This document shows positions 27,318-35,924 of a stretch of 52,442 bases of DNA, in pieces. Positions within the stretch are counted from its first letter, which is position 1; each line of letters starts with the position of its first letter. The translations under genes were made by a program, and so were the position numbers. The notes below the pieces were generated by a model that saw nothing but the letters and a program-made list of their open reading frames with translations, made no database searches and was not told where the DNA came from. The DNA comes from a virus (taxonomy: Duplodnaviria; Caudoviricetes): positions 1-52,442 of the IMG/VR virus record IMGVR_UViG_3300034378_000127; one strand, given 5' to 3'.

Positions 27318-28616
27318 TTAATACTCAGTGAACTGACTGCGATTCGTGAAAGCATCTTCGATCTTAGTGAACGCAGCCGGATTCGTCACCGCGAGATCAT
27401 AGTACTGGTCGGCTTTAATCCACACCTGGTTTTGCAGCCACGCACTATCTGACCCTGATGATGCTTCTGTTGAAGTCGAGAGAGCCAGTCCTGCCCACAG
27501 AGCAAGAACAAACTTCGTCCAGTCACCATACAGTACTGCTGAACAATCAGTCGTCGTTCCTTTAACTAAATTGTTAGGTACATGAGTCGTGGTTGCAATC
27601 CTCGCACCGATTTGTGTTTCAAGAGCATCTTTACCAATAATCGGAGGCGAGAATACAAAGCCTTTCTGCGAAGTTTGTCCTGAGTACATTGCGATGCGCT
27701 GCATTGCCATGCCTTCCATCACAATCGGACGCATCAGAAAACCGAACTTACCCAGAGACAAGTCGAAATCGACCTCTTCAAGATCAGTTTTCATCTGCTT
27801 GGCTTTCTTGACAATGAATTGACCACCGTTCGTACCAAGAGCCTCGGTCGAAGTGAATCCAGTGTAATTAAGAATACCCTTTGGTTCCTTATCCGAACCT
27901 GAGCCATTGATTAAGGTGTTATGGATTTTCAACGTCATGTCAGTCTGCAACTGTCGCCGGATGAAAGATTCTGCCGTGCCGCGTGTCTGCATAATTAGTT
28001 GCTGAGAGACTTTTGTATATGCTGCACAACGCTTTGGAGACAAATTCTTTTCACCGAAAACATATGACAACTCTGTTGGTGTTCCTGATTCTGCTACATG
28101 GGTAACACTAGCATCCTGTCTCGATTCGAGTACGGGAATGCTTACATTGCCAACAAGCCCAGTCATAGTTTCAATTCCAAGTCCATATACTGGCATTGCA
28201 GCAATTGCCGGCTCAACGATTTCGTCAGCAAGTTCAGTCGGAATCAAATACGCACCAGCAGTGCCATCATTGGCTGTCGCGGCTCTCTGTCGCATGTTAT
28301 CAAAAATCTCTTTTTCGAAACCGCAGTCACGCTCTTCACCTGTGAAGATATATTTATACGCGCCGTGCAAAGAGAACTTTTTCTTATCATCCTCTGAACC
28401 CGGAAGACTCGTATTGCGTGAAACGCTAAGAATCTTTTCCTGCTGTTCCGCTAGCTTAGTATCGAACTCAGCCAACTTCTCATTGACTTTATTTTGGATT
28501 TCTTCACCTGTCGCAGTCAGCGTCTGTGAAATCTCAGATACCTTTGCCTCATATGCCGCTTTTTGCAACTCGGTGATTTCTTTTAGTTTATCAATCGTAT
28601 CCTGAATTCCTGGCAT
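27318..28616 (-). CDS. Major capsid protein, HK97 fold
   Basis: Coiled-coil N-terminal (delta) domain, GAYLIP, GSG...PKGI; start at ATG 28616 after AAAGGAG. Confidence 0.95.
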   Translation of the reverse strand: MPGIQDTIDKLKEITELQKAAYEAKVSEISQTLTATGEEIQNKVNEKLAEFDTKLAEQQEKILSVSRNTSLPGSEDDKKKFSLHGAYKYIFTGEERDCGFEKEIFDNMRQRAATANDGTAGAYLIPTELADEIVEPAIAAMPVYGLGIETMTGLVGNVSIPVLESRQDASVTHVAESGTPTELSYVFGEKNLSPKRCAAYTKVSQQLIMQTRGTAESFIRRQLQTDMTLKIHNTLINGSGSDKEPKGILNYTGFTSTEALGTNGGQFIVKKAKQMKTDLEEVDFDLSLGKFGFLMRPIVMEGMAMQRIAMYSGQTSQKGFVFSPPIIGKDALETQIGARIATTTHVPNNLVKGTTTDCSAVLYGDWTKFVLALWAGLALSTSTEASSGSDSAWLQNQVWIKADQYYDLAVTNPAAFTKIEDAFTNRSQFTEY

Positions 28617-28638
28617 GTAAAACTCCTTTCGCGAGTTA

Positions 28639-30048
28639 TTATTTATTTGCCTTGCCGACACCTGTTTCTTTACCCACAGCACTGACGATCTCATTGAGCT
28701 GTTCCTCAGTCAACTCATCGTCATCAGCAGACAGTCCGTCGACGTTTTTATTTCCGCCGAGGTTGCAGCTTAACGTTTCGATTGCCTGAGCTTGTCGCTC
28801 AATTCTGGATGACAACGCATCGAGTTTATCAGAAACAAGAATCAGTTTATTTATAAGAATATTCAATTGTTCTTTTGTTTCTGTATCAAGTGTCAAATCA
28901 ATACCTAGAATTTCATGATGGACATCAATATCTTCTTCAGTCGCAGCCTCAAACGTACCTTCATGCTCTTTACAATGTGCTCTTGCTTGCGCTGCTGTCC
29001 ATATTTTCTTGTCGTAACGATAGGCTTGCTCTTCCCAACGATTCTCACCTTTAAGCTTACCAAATACTATTGAGTATGTTTTACCATTCGATTTGCGAGT
29101 GCCACGACGAAATCTTTCATACTTTTTTGGATCATTCAAACGACAAGCATGTTCATTTGGATAAGGACGCATCATTTCATCTTCAGCAATGTCTTCTGTT
29201 TGAGCAAAAAAGTCAGCAGTATCTTTATATCCAAAACAGCAAGGAATTTCATCTTCAAGGTGCAAATCATCTTCATCAATTGTATTGATTAAGACATTGA
29301 GAGCAATCTCAGTATCGATAAGATCAACATCCTTTATTTGCTCAAGTCCTTCTTTAGTAAAGATATTAAATGCATCTCGAGCATTTGGATTTGCTGGTAC
29401 AGCAACAACAGACACTTCAAGCAATTCAATCTTACGATATACAACGCCATATGGAGGCATCTTCCATAGTTTACGTTCTTCGTCTGTAGGACGATAAATA
29501 TCACCTTGAGACTTAGGTAAAAATCCAATTGATACAGCTTTCAAAGCCCCTGAGATACAATACTGAAATATCGTTTCACTCATTCCAGTCGCGTCAACAG
29601 TGGTATCAAAAAACAAAATCCATCCAAGTACAGCTTTCTTCGCAGGATCATACCAAATTCGCAACACTGCACCCACTGGAAGAGCACGCCCATTATGAAA
29701 TGCGAGCGCGACAGGATTCTTTTTAAAGTTCTCAAAATCAACTCCATCAGCTTTCACAATATCACCGTATCGGTCGACAGTCTCATCAGTAAACACTCGT
29801 TCGACAACACGATTCTCATATCCATCACGATACTCAATTCCGGCAGCGCGGCAGAGCTTGCGGCAAGTCTCCTCATCAAGTTTTACTTTTCCACCTCGTA
29901 CTCGAATTGCACGAGAACGATCTACTTTTTCAAGATTCTCCGTTTTCTGTCTGAGAACATCTTCGATGGACTCTTTACCGAACAGATCTTTGAGCAATAC
30001 ATCAATATTTTGATTCGGCGATGATGTGGCTTTCTTTTTTGGCATCAT
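28639..30048 (-). CDS. HK97-family prohead protease with C-terminal extension
   Basis: DRYGD, NPVALAFH, AVSIGF, ELLEVSVVAVPANP. Confidence 0.92.
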   Translation of the reverse strand: MMPKKKATSSPNQNIDVLLKDLFGKESIEDVLRQKTENLEKVDRSRAIRVRGGKVKLDEETCRKLCRAAGIEYRDGYENRVVERVFTDETVDRYGDIVKADGVDFENFKKNPVALAFHNGRALPVGAVLRIWYDPAKKAVLGWILFFDTTVDATGMSETIFQYCISGALKAVSIGFLPKSQGDIYRPTDEERKLWKMPPYGVVYRKIELLEVSVVAVPANPNARDAFNIFTKEGLEQIKDVDLIDTEIALNVLINTIDEDDLHLEDEIPCCFGYKDTADFFAQTEDIAEDEMMRPYPNEHACRLNDPKKYERFRRGTRKSNGKTYSIVFGKLKGENRWEEQAYRYDKKIWTAAQARAHCKEHEGTFEAATEEDIDVHHEILGIDLTLDTETKEQLNILINKLILVSDKLDALSSRIERQAQAIETLSCNLGGNKNVDGLSADDDELTEEQLNEIVSAVGKETGVGKANK

Positions 30049-30063
30049 TCTCTCCTTTTTCTG

Positions 30064-30098
30064 AAAAGCCGAACGGTAATTTTCGTTTTCTGTTCGGC
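30064..30098 (-). terminator. Possible intrinsic terminator
   Basis: GCCGAAC...GTTCGGC stem followed by TTTT. Confidence 0.4.
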
Positions 30099-30122
30099 AT
30101 ATCCATCCTTTTCCTATTTATA

Positions 30123-30575
30123 TTAATACGTCTTGACACGTAAATCTCCTTTATCACCAACCTCGAACATTGAAATAAACGCTGGCCATACTACTGGGGC
30201 AAATGTTAAACAACCAGCACTGCCACGCCAATGATTTGTCCATCCTCTGTGAAATAAGCATTGTTTCATAATCCGCGCTCCACCATGTTTTCTATTCTTG
30301 TTTCTCGTAGTGACAGCTCTACCACCATTGACAACTAACACATTCCCTCTCCGCCAATGTCGAAAACATTCCCACTTAAAATCTCCATCGGCAATCCAAG
30401 CATAATAATCCTGCCAGACTTTCTTTGTGCTTGATGGTTTATGCGGATTCGGGCATGATGACATCGGTGATGCGAATATTATATGACGATTATCACTAAT
30501 AATAACAGTATCATTATATCCAGGCATTCCTGGATTACTTCGCACTTGTACGACGATGTTTTTTATATCATTCAT
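30123..30575 (-). CDS. L,D-transpeptidase-like cysteine peptidase (endolysin candidate)
   Basis: LFHRG......SAGCLT (H...SxGC); start ATG 30575 overlaps the upstream TGA. Confidence 0.6.
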   Translation of the reverse strand: MNDIKNIVVQVRSNPGMPGYNDTVIISDNRHIIFASPMSSCPNPHKPSSTKKVWQDYYAWIADGDFKWECFRHWRRGNVLVVNGGRAVTTRNKNRKHGGARIMKQCLFHRGWTNHWRGSAGCLTFAPVVWPAFISMFEVGDKGDLRVKTY

Positions 30576-30880
30576 ATGCGTCGTATCAACATTCCCAAAC
30601 CTGCATCTGTACCAGTAGCAAATATCTTGTGCATATGCACCGGCTGATGCCATCCGCCTGCAAGCATATGCTTTTCTGTTTTCTGAGCATCCGTTTGGTT
30701 TTGTGTTCTTGATGTAACTGAGCCGTCAGTGTCAATCATACAAGCTGTAGCATCAATGTTATTTCCATCAGTATCCTTAACGACAACATCGTCTCCTGCG
30801 TCAAGAGTAGTCGATATTTCGACAGGATTATTATATCCAGGTTCGTTTGCGCTGGGAAGAGTTATTGTAACTTCTGCCAT
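30572..30880 (-). CDS. Small virion protein, head-spike-base-like
   Basis: C-terminal AG..HP....KIFATGT-like pattern resembles GTA head spike base proteins. Confidence 0.5.
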   Translation of the reverse strand: MAEVTITLPSANEPGYNNPVEISTTLDAGDDVVVKDTDGNNIDATACMIDTDGSVTSRTQNQTDAQKTEKHMLAGGWHQPVHMHKIFATGTDAGLGMLIRRI

Positions 30881-30897
30881 TTCAGTTCACTCCTTTG

Positions 30898-31089
30898 TTA
30901 TTTGTACCGATGTGAAAAGAAAAAGAAATATGGTTTCGCTGTTTCAGGCGATGACGCTTGTGCGAAAGAACCCCATACGTAGGCACGGTCATATCCATCA
31001 ATCGAACCATCAGGCATCGGAAAGTTACCAATTCTGCCCAAACCGAAGCCAAGTGCCATCATTCTCTCTCGTCTATTATCAATCGACAT
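30898..31089 (-). CDS. Small hypothetical protein
   Basis: AAGGAG SD; P.PDGSID..DRA. Confidence 0.6.
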   Translation of the reverse strand: MSIDNRRERMMALGFGLGRIGNFPMPDGSIDGYDRAYVWGSFAQASSPETAKPYFFFFSHRYK

Positions 31090-31101
31090 AACTCAATCTC
31101 C

Positions 31102-34100
31102 TTATGCTGCTGTCATCTTCGCTTCAGTGTATGTAGTTCCATCATCGCTAACTACTTTTTTCACAAGGGCTGTGCCAGCATTATTATAGAATTTTTTCAC
31201 TGTCGAAGTCGATGTACCCTTATTACGTATTGCTGCCCAATGATAACCAAGGATTGTTGCAACTGTTGGCGTTGCACTGGGTACACCTGCTGATGGTTCA
31301 TCCATTACTTCGTTAAACAGAGTCGAAATATCACCAGTGGCTCCAGCAACAACATTCATACCATCGCCTGCACCGAAACCAGTAATTTGTATTCCATCAC
31401 TATCACCGCCTTGAGCAGTGAACTGTACAGCGTCGCCAGAAGTTGCACCACCCTTCACGACTAATCCAACTCCTGTCGATCCTCCTTCGACGTATAGACC
31501 TGGATTACTTCCTGTTCCAATTAATGACAAAGCAGCGCCATCAGTAGAAGTAATTTTCAAACCATCATTACCAGTACCGCCGCTTGTAATATCGAGCGCA
31601 TCATCATCAACTGAGACAATCTTCAATCCGCTACCACCACCAGTTCCACCTTTAGTAAAGAAGCCATGCCCACCACCGGAACCTCCACTTATATTGACTC
31701 CTGAACCAGTACCCGTTGCAGTAATTTCTATTCCATCGCCTGCGCCACCGCCGCTTGCACTAATCCGCATCGCGCTCACTGAACCACCACCATCAAGAAA
31801 TATCGCATTATCATCTCCTGAAATTAATGAGAAGGCCTTTCCACTTGTCGTTTCAATATCGATACCTTTACCGGAAGTAGTCGTGACTTCAATGCCATCA
31901 CCTGATGTAGCTCCACCGGCGACTGCAATGCCTTTTCCTGTCGTGCCAGCTGCAACTGACAAGCCTGAACCTGCACCAGAACCTGTAACTGTAATGCCAT
32001 CGTTCGCTCCACCAGAGCTGATATCCAATCCTTTACCATCCGTGGCAGAAACGCTAATTGCATTACCTGAAGTTCCTCCACCCTTAATTTCAAAACCGAC
32101 GCCTGTTGTTCCACCTTCAAGATACAGTGCTGAGCCTGATCCATGTCCAGCAATATCAAGACCTCTACCATTTGAACCAGTAGATTTTATTATAACAGCT
32201 GTACCAGCAGAATTCTGAATGTCAAATTGTTTCAGAGTGAGAGTCGCAACGTTTCCAACAATAGAATTCTGCCCAATTGTTTCAAGATCTGCTTCAGCTG
32301 CCTGAATTTCATAAGTCGTCGTAGCATCAGGAGTGGTTTTCCAATTAGGACTTATAGTTGCTATCTTCGTTGTCTCATCATAATCTGTTATCATCCTTGA
32401 CTGACCGGAACCTGTTCCTCCTGTTGTAAGGATACGTGTACCATTATAATAATCAGCCACTGCACTTTCACCTGAGGCAAGTTTAATTGTAGATGCTGTA
32501 GAACCTGCCTGCGCTGTACCACTTGCAAGTTCCGAAAGGCCACTGACACTGATTGTTCCGACTGCATCAGCAACAGCCTCATTAGAATCAGTTGTCTGGT
32601 CAAAATTATTTACACCATTCGTCTTGTTTGCCATTGCGAATAGCATTTTAGCAAGTGAAGCACCTTCTCCAAGGTCAGAAGGAGTACCGATCTCAGCAGC
32701 ATTAATGCCACCACTAGAACCACCAAGATTCATTCCATATCCCCCTGTAGAAGAAGTTCTTATTGCATCACCACCGCAAAAAATATTTAGACCATGAGAT
32801 GGCCCTGACAAATAAATGACACTAGTACTTGCACCTGCAGATGCAGAAATGGTATCACTTGCAGTAGCAATGAGCTTTAAAGCACTTCCAGAAGTGGTAC
32901 CACCTGTTGCTTCAATAGCATGACCTGATCCATGTCCCGCATATACAATTCCTTTTCCATTACCACCTGTTGATTTCATAGTAACAGCATCACCAACACT
33001 ATTTTGAATATCGAGAGCCTTAAGATAGAGCGTAGCATTATTCCCATTGGTAGCTTGTCCATCAATAGAAACAAGATTTGCATCCAATGTTCCTGAAGCA
33101 GTAACCCAAGCCGCATCTCCACGATTACGAATTGCTTCAAGAGAATCTGTTCCCGTAGCGAATGTAGCACCTGCCATATCAGCAAGATTGTCGGCAAGTG
33201 AAGCACCACCACCAAGATCACTCGGAGTACCAATCTCAGAAGCAGAAATATCTGTACCTGTTCCTGAACCTGAAATAGAAAATCCTATACCTGAACCACC
33301 ACCCGCACTAAACACGACAGCATTAGTTGCTCCCGAAGATGCATTTATAGCAACACCATTGCCTGCTGCTATATTGAATGCTCCTGCTCCGCTACTAAAT
33401 TGTGTCGCCCAAGAACTAGCAGAACCAGTAGAAAAACCAATTCCACTATTTGAACTTGCATAAATACCATTTCCACTATTTGAAGCTGCCACTAAACCAT
33501 GCCCTGAACCATGACCAGCAATATCAAGACCTATTCCATTGCTGCCAGTAGATTTAACAATCATAGCGGGTCCGGCATTATTTGTAATATCAAATTGTTT
33601 CAGAGTCAATGTCGCGGCGTTTCCGACAATCGAATCTTTTCCTATTGATTCAAGATCTGCCTCAGCCGCCTGAATCTCATACGTAGAGGTAAGGTCTGGA
33701 TTTGTTATCCAGTTAGGAGATATTGAGGCTACTTTTGTCGTACCGTTATAATCGGTTATAATACGCGATTGTCCTGCTCCGGTATTACCTGTTATAAGAA
33801 TCCGCGTACCGTTATAAAAATCATCAACTGCAGATTCACCGGCAGCTAAAGTAATAGAACCTGCTGCTCCTGCCTGTGCTGTTCCGCTTGACAGTTCTGA
33901 AAGACCACTGACGCTGATTGCTGAAACGGCATCGGCAATAGCTTCGTTTGAATCGGTGCCTGTTACAAAAGTTGCACCGGCAAGGTCACGGAAATTTTTA
34001 CCGATATTTGCGCCGCTTCCCAAATCTTCTATTGTTCCGAATTTTGGTTGCATATCGGCAGTATCAGTAAGTATTGCGCCGGTATCAGATTTTACTGCAG

Positions 34101-34776
34101 CAATATCCGCCGATACACTTGCTCCTGCAGGTGCTCCGAGTCGAGCAAAATTGTCACCTGTTTGCGGAGTATGACCGGTAAGAGTCGATGCAGTACCAAT
34201 TGTCGAATTAGCTTTATTGTATCCAGTTCCGTCATAATCTGCTTCGAGATTATCTGCTGCAACACTATCTCCTGAAACTGCGGTAACATCTGCAGTAACC
34301 TGATTAGTTACATTTGTTGCAGTATCTGTCAATACAACGCCTTGCACTTTATTAGTTGCCGGATCATATCCCGCATCAGCAAAATCCTTCAAATCTGTCG
34401 CTGATTGAGCATCACCGCCAATTTGTGTTACATCAGCTTGAAGAGTATCTGTGCCAGCAATGAGAGAATCATAAACGTTTGCAGGCACAACCATAAACTC
34501 ACGCCATACTGGTAACGCTCCTGATTCATGGATGGCGACTATAAGTGTTCCTATTGTATTAGTGTCAGTTGCATTCAATGGTATTGAGTACCATCCATTT
34601 TCATCGTGAGTCGCTGCTGTTGCATCATTTTTTTGAGCAAAAGCACCACCATCTTTTGACAACCTAACATCAGCTTGTAAAATCGTTAAAGCAGTTTCAG
34701 CTGTCTTTCCATCATCTTCATCAAGAAATGGCCCATATCGCAGCGTTTTCGCTGTACTCTGTTTGAGATACTGCAT
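31102..34776 (-). CDS. Large Gly/Ser/Thr-rich virion fibre / surface protein with internal duplications
   Basis: 1224 aa; a >120-aa block occurs twice; long G-rich beta-solenoid-like repeats. Confidence 0.75.
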   Translation of the reverse strand: MQYLKQSTAKTLRYGPFLDEDDGKTAETALTILQADVRLSKDGGAFAQKNDATAATHDENGWYSIPLNATDTNTIGTLIVAIHESGALPVWREFMVVPANVYDSLIAGTDTLQADVTQIGGDAQSATDLKDFADAGYDPATNKVQGVVLTDTATNVTNQVTADVTAVSGDSVAADNLEADYDGTGYNKANSTIGTASTLTGHTPQTGDNFARLGAPAGASVSADIAAVKSDTGAILTDTADMQPKFGTIEDLGSGANIGKNFRDLAGATFVTGTDSNEAIADAVSAISVSGLSELSSGTAQAGAAGSITLAAGESAVDDFYNGTRILITGNTGAGQSRIITDYNGTTKVASISPNWITNPDLTSTYEIQAAEADLESIGKDSIVGNAATLTLKQFDITNNAGPAMIVKSTGSNGIGLDIAGHGSGHGLVAASNSGNGIYASSNSGIGFSTGSASSWATQFSSGAGAFNIAAGNGVAINASSGATNAVVFSAGGGSGIGFSISGSGTGTDISASEIGTPSDLGGGASLADNLADMAGATFATGTDSLEAIRNRGDAAWVTASGTLDANLVSIDGQATNGNNATLYLKALDIQNSVGDAVTMKSTGGNGKGIVYAGHGSGHAIEATGGTTSGSALKLIATASDTISASAGASTSVIYLSGPSHGLNIFCGGDAIRTSSTGGYGMNLGGSSGGINAAEIGTPSDLGEGASLAKMLFAMANKTNGVNNFDQTTDSNEAVADAVGTISVSGLSELASGTAQAGSTASTIKLASGESAVADYYNGTRILTTGGTGSGQSRMITDYDETTKIATISPNWKTTPDATTTYEIQAAEADLETIGQNSIVGNVATLTLKQFDIQNSAGTAVIIKSTGSNGRGLDIAGHGSGSALYLEGGTTGVGFEIKGGGTSGNAISVSATDGKGLDISSGGANDGITVTGSGAGSGLSVAAGTTGKGIAVAGGATSGDGIEVTTTSGKGIDIETTSGKAFSLISGDDNAIFLDGGGSVSAMRISASGGGAGDGIEITATGTGSGVNISGGSGGGHGFFTKGGTGGGSGLKIVSVDDDALDITSGGTGNDGLKITSTDGAALSLIGTGSNPGLYVEGGSTGVGLVVKGGATSGDAVQFTAQGGDSDGIQITGFGAGDGMNVVAGATGDISTLFNEVMDEPSAGVPSATPTVATILGYHWAAIRNKGTSTSTVKKFYNNAGTALVKKVVSDDGTTYTEAKMTAA

Positions 34777-34780
34777 AATG

Positions 34781-35884
34781 TTATCCTCTCATTTGTCTAT
34801 ATGTATTAAAAATTACTGGCACTGCAACTGTTGGATACTCAGCAGCCTGCCAATCACTGCCTGTCCAGCATGAATCAGGATTATCAAAAAGATTCTGATC
34901 TATTTGAATCCAATTTGCATTTAATTCTTTAGATAAAATACGAACTTCATCTATATAACCATCTACATAAGTTGCTAAATCAGAATCACGTCCAAGTTCA
35001 ATAATATAAGCTCCCATATTTGCAATTTGTACTCCTGAAGGACTACTGTTACTATTATCTATGCCTACTACTGCACCATTCTTGTAAATAGAATTAGTAT
35101 CCGCTCCATCATCAACCGTATAATGAACTAAATGCCATGTGGCAGGACCGAATGCAGCCGAATCGAGTGCTCCAAGTCGAGGTGCTGAATAAGGTTCACA
35201 AGTAAATCCAGTTATTTTATTGCTATTTGCAGCATTATGGACAAAACAACAAAGAATGTCACGACCAGCTTGTAAACCGCCTTCGCCAATTCTTATATAA
35301 AGAGGATAGTTAGCACCAGGATAGTTATTAACTTTAATTAATGCCATTAAAGTAGCTTCCGTTGAACTCCCAAGACCTGCTTGACCAAAACCATCACAAT
35401 AATCATTACCAGCAGTTAAATCAAGACAACTACCTGTTAATTTGCTGGAAGCGTTATATGTAGCTCCGCCTTGTAATGTCCCGTTAAGATTATGATTTGT
35501 TGAATCAATAAGATTACCTTGGAAGTGTTGTACCATTTCAAAATTATCATTCCATGTCGCTTCATCATTCGATTTTGCTTTTGTTGCATCTCCACAGTAT
35601 ACCCATATCACAGTATTAACAGATGAAGAAAGTGATGGTATCTTGACAAACATTTCAAGTTTCTGAGAAGCAGAATCAAAATAAACGATTTCCCGTTTTA
35701 GCTCAGTGTCTTCACTCTCATTCCACACTCTTATATCCAAACCGTTAGCATCGGCAACAGTAGTCCAAAAATTTGCAGGTATTGTCGTAACCCTGCTATC
35801 AATCAATACAGGATAATCCGTTTGGTTTGCGGGAACTTTTGTATTCGTCAAAGTCATTTTAAATTTAGATGTAGCTATTTTCAA
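34781..35884 (-). CDS. DUF2341-like + LamG/ConA-like domain protein
   Basis: DYPVL, G.DIR, L.REI, FVKIP; WHLV..T.D, G.IDEVRI. Confidence 0.8.
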   Translation of the reverse strand: MKIATSKFKMTLTNTKVPANQTDYPVLIDSRVTTIPANFWTTVADANGLDIRVWNESEDTELKREIVYFDSASQKLEMFVKIPSLSSSVNTVIWVYCGDATKAKSNDEATWNDNFEMVQHFQGNLIDSTNHNLNGTLQGGATYNASSKLTGSCLDLTAGNDYCDGFGQAGLGSSTEATLMALIKVNNYPGANYPLYIRIGEGGLQAGRDILCCFVHNAANSNKITGFTCEPYSAPRLGALDSAAFGPATWHLVHYTVDDGADTNSIYKNGAVVGIDNSNSSPSGVQIANMGAYIIELGRDSDLATYVDGYIDEVRILSKELNANWIQIDQNLFDNPDSCWTGSDWQAAEYPTVAVPVIFNTYRQMRG

Positions 35885-35924
35885 ACTCCTTTTAAATATT
35901 TCCTTAAATTATGTCCTACACCTT

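Noticed and set aside
31418-32218. 266-aa Pro-rich plus-strand ORF (also 33047..33463)
   Set aside because: Antisense shadow of the Gly-rich fibre gene.
32210-33960. Duplicated block in the fibre gene as a DGR template/variable repeat pair
   Set aside because: Both copies are in-frame coding, differences are not adenine-specific by eye, and there is no RT.
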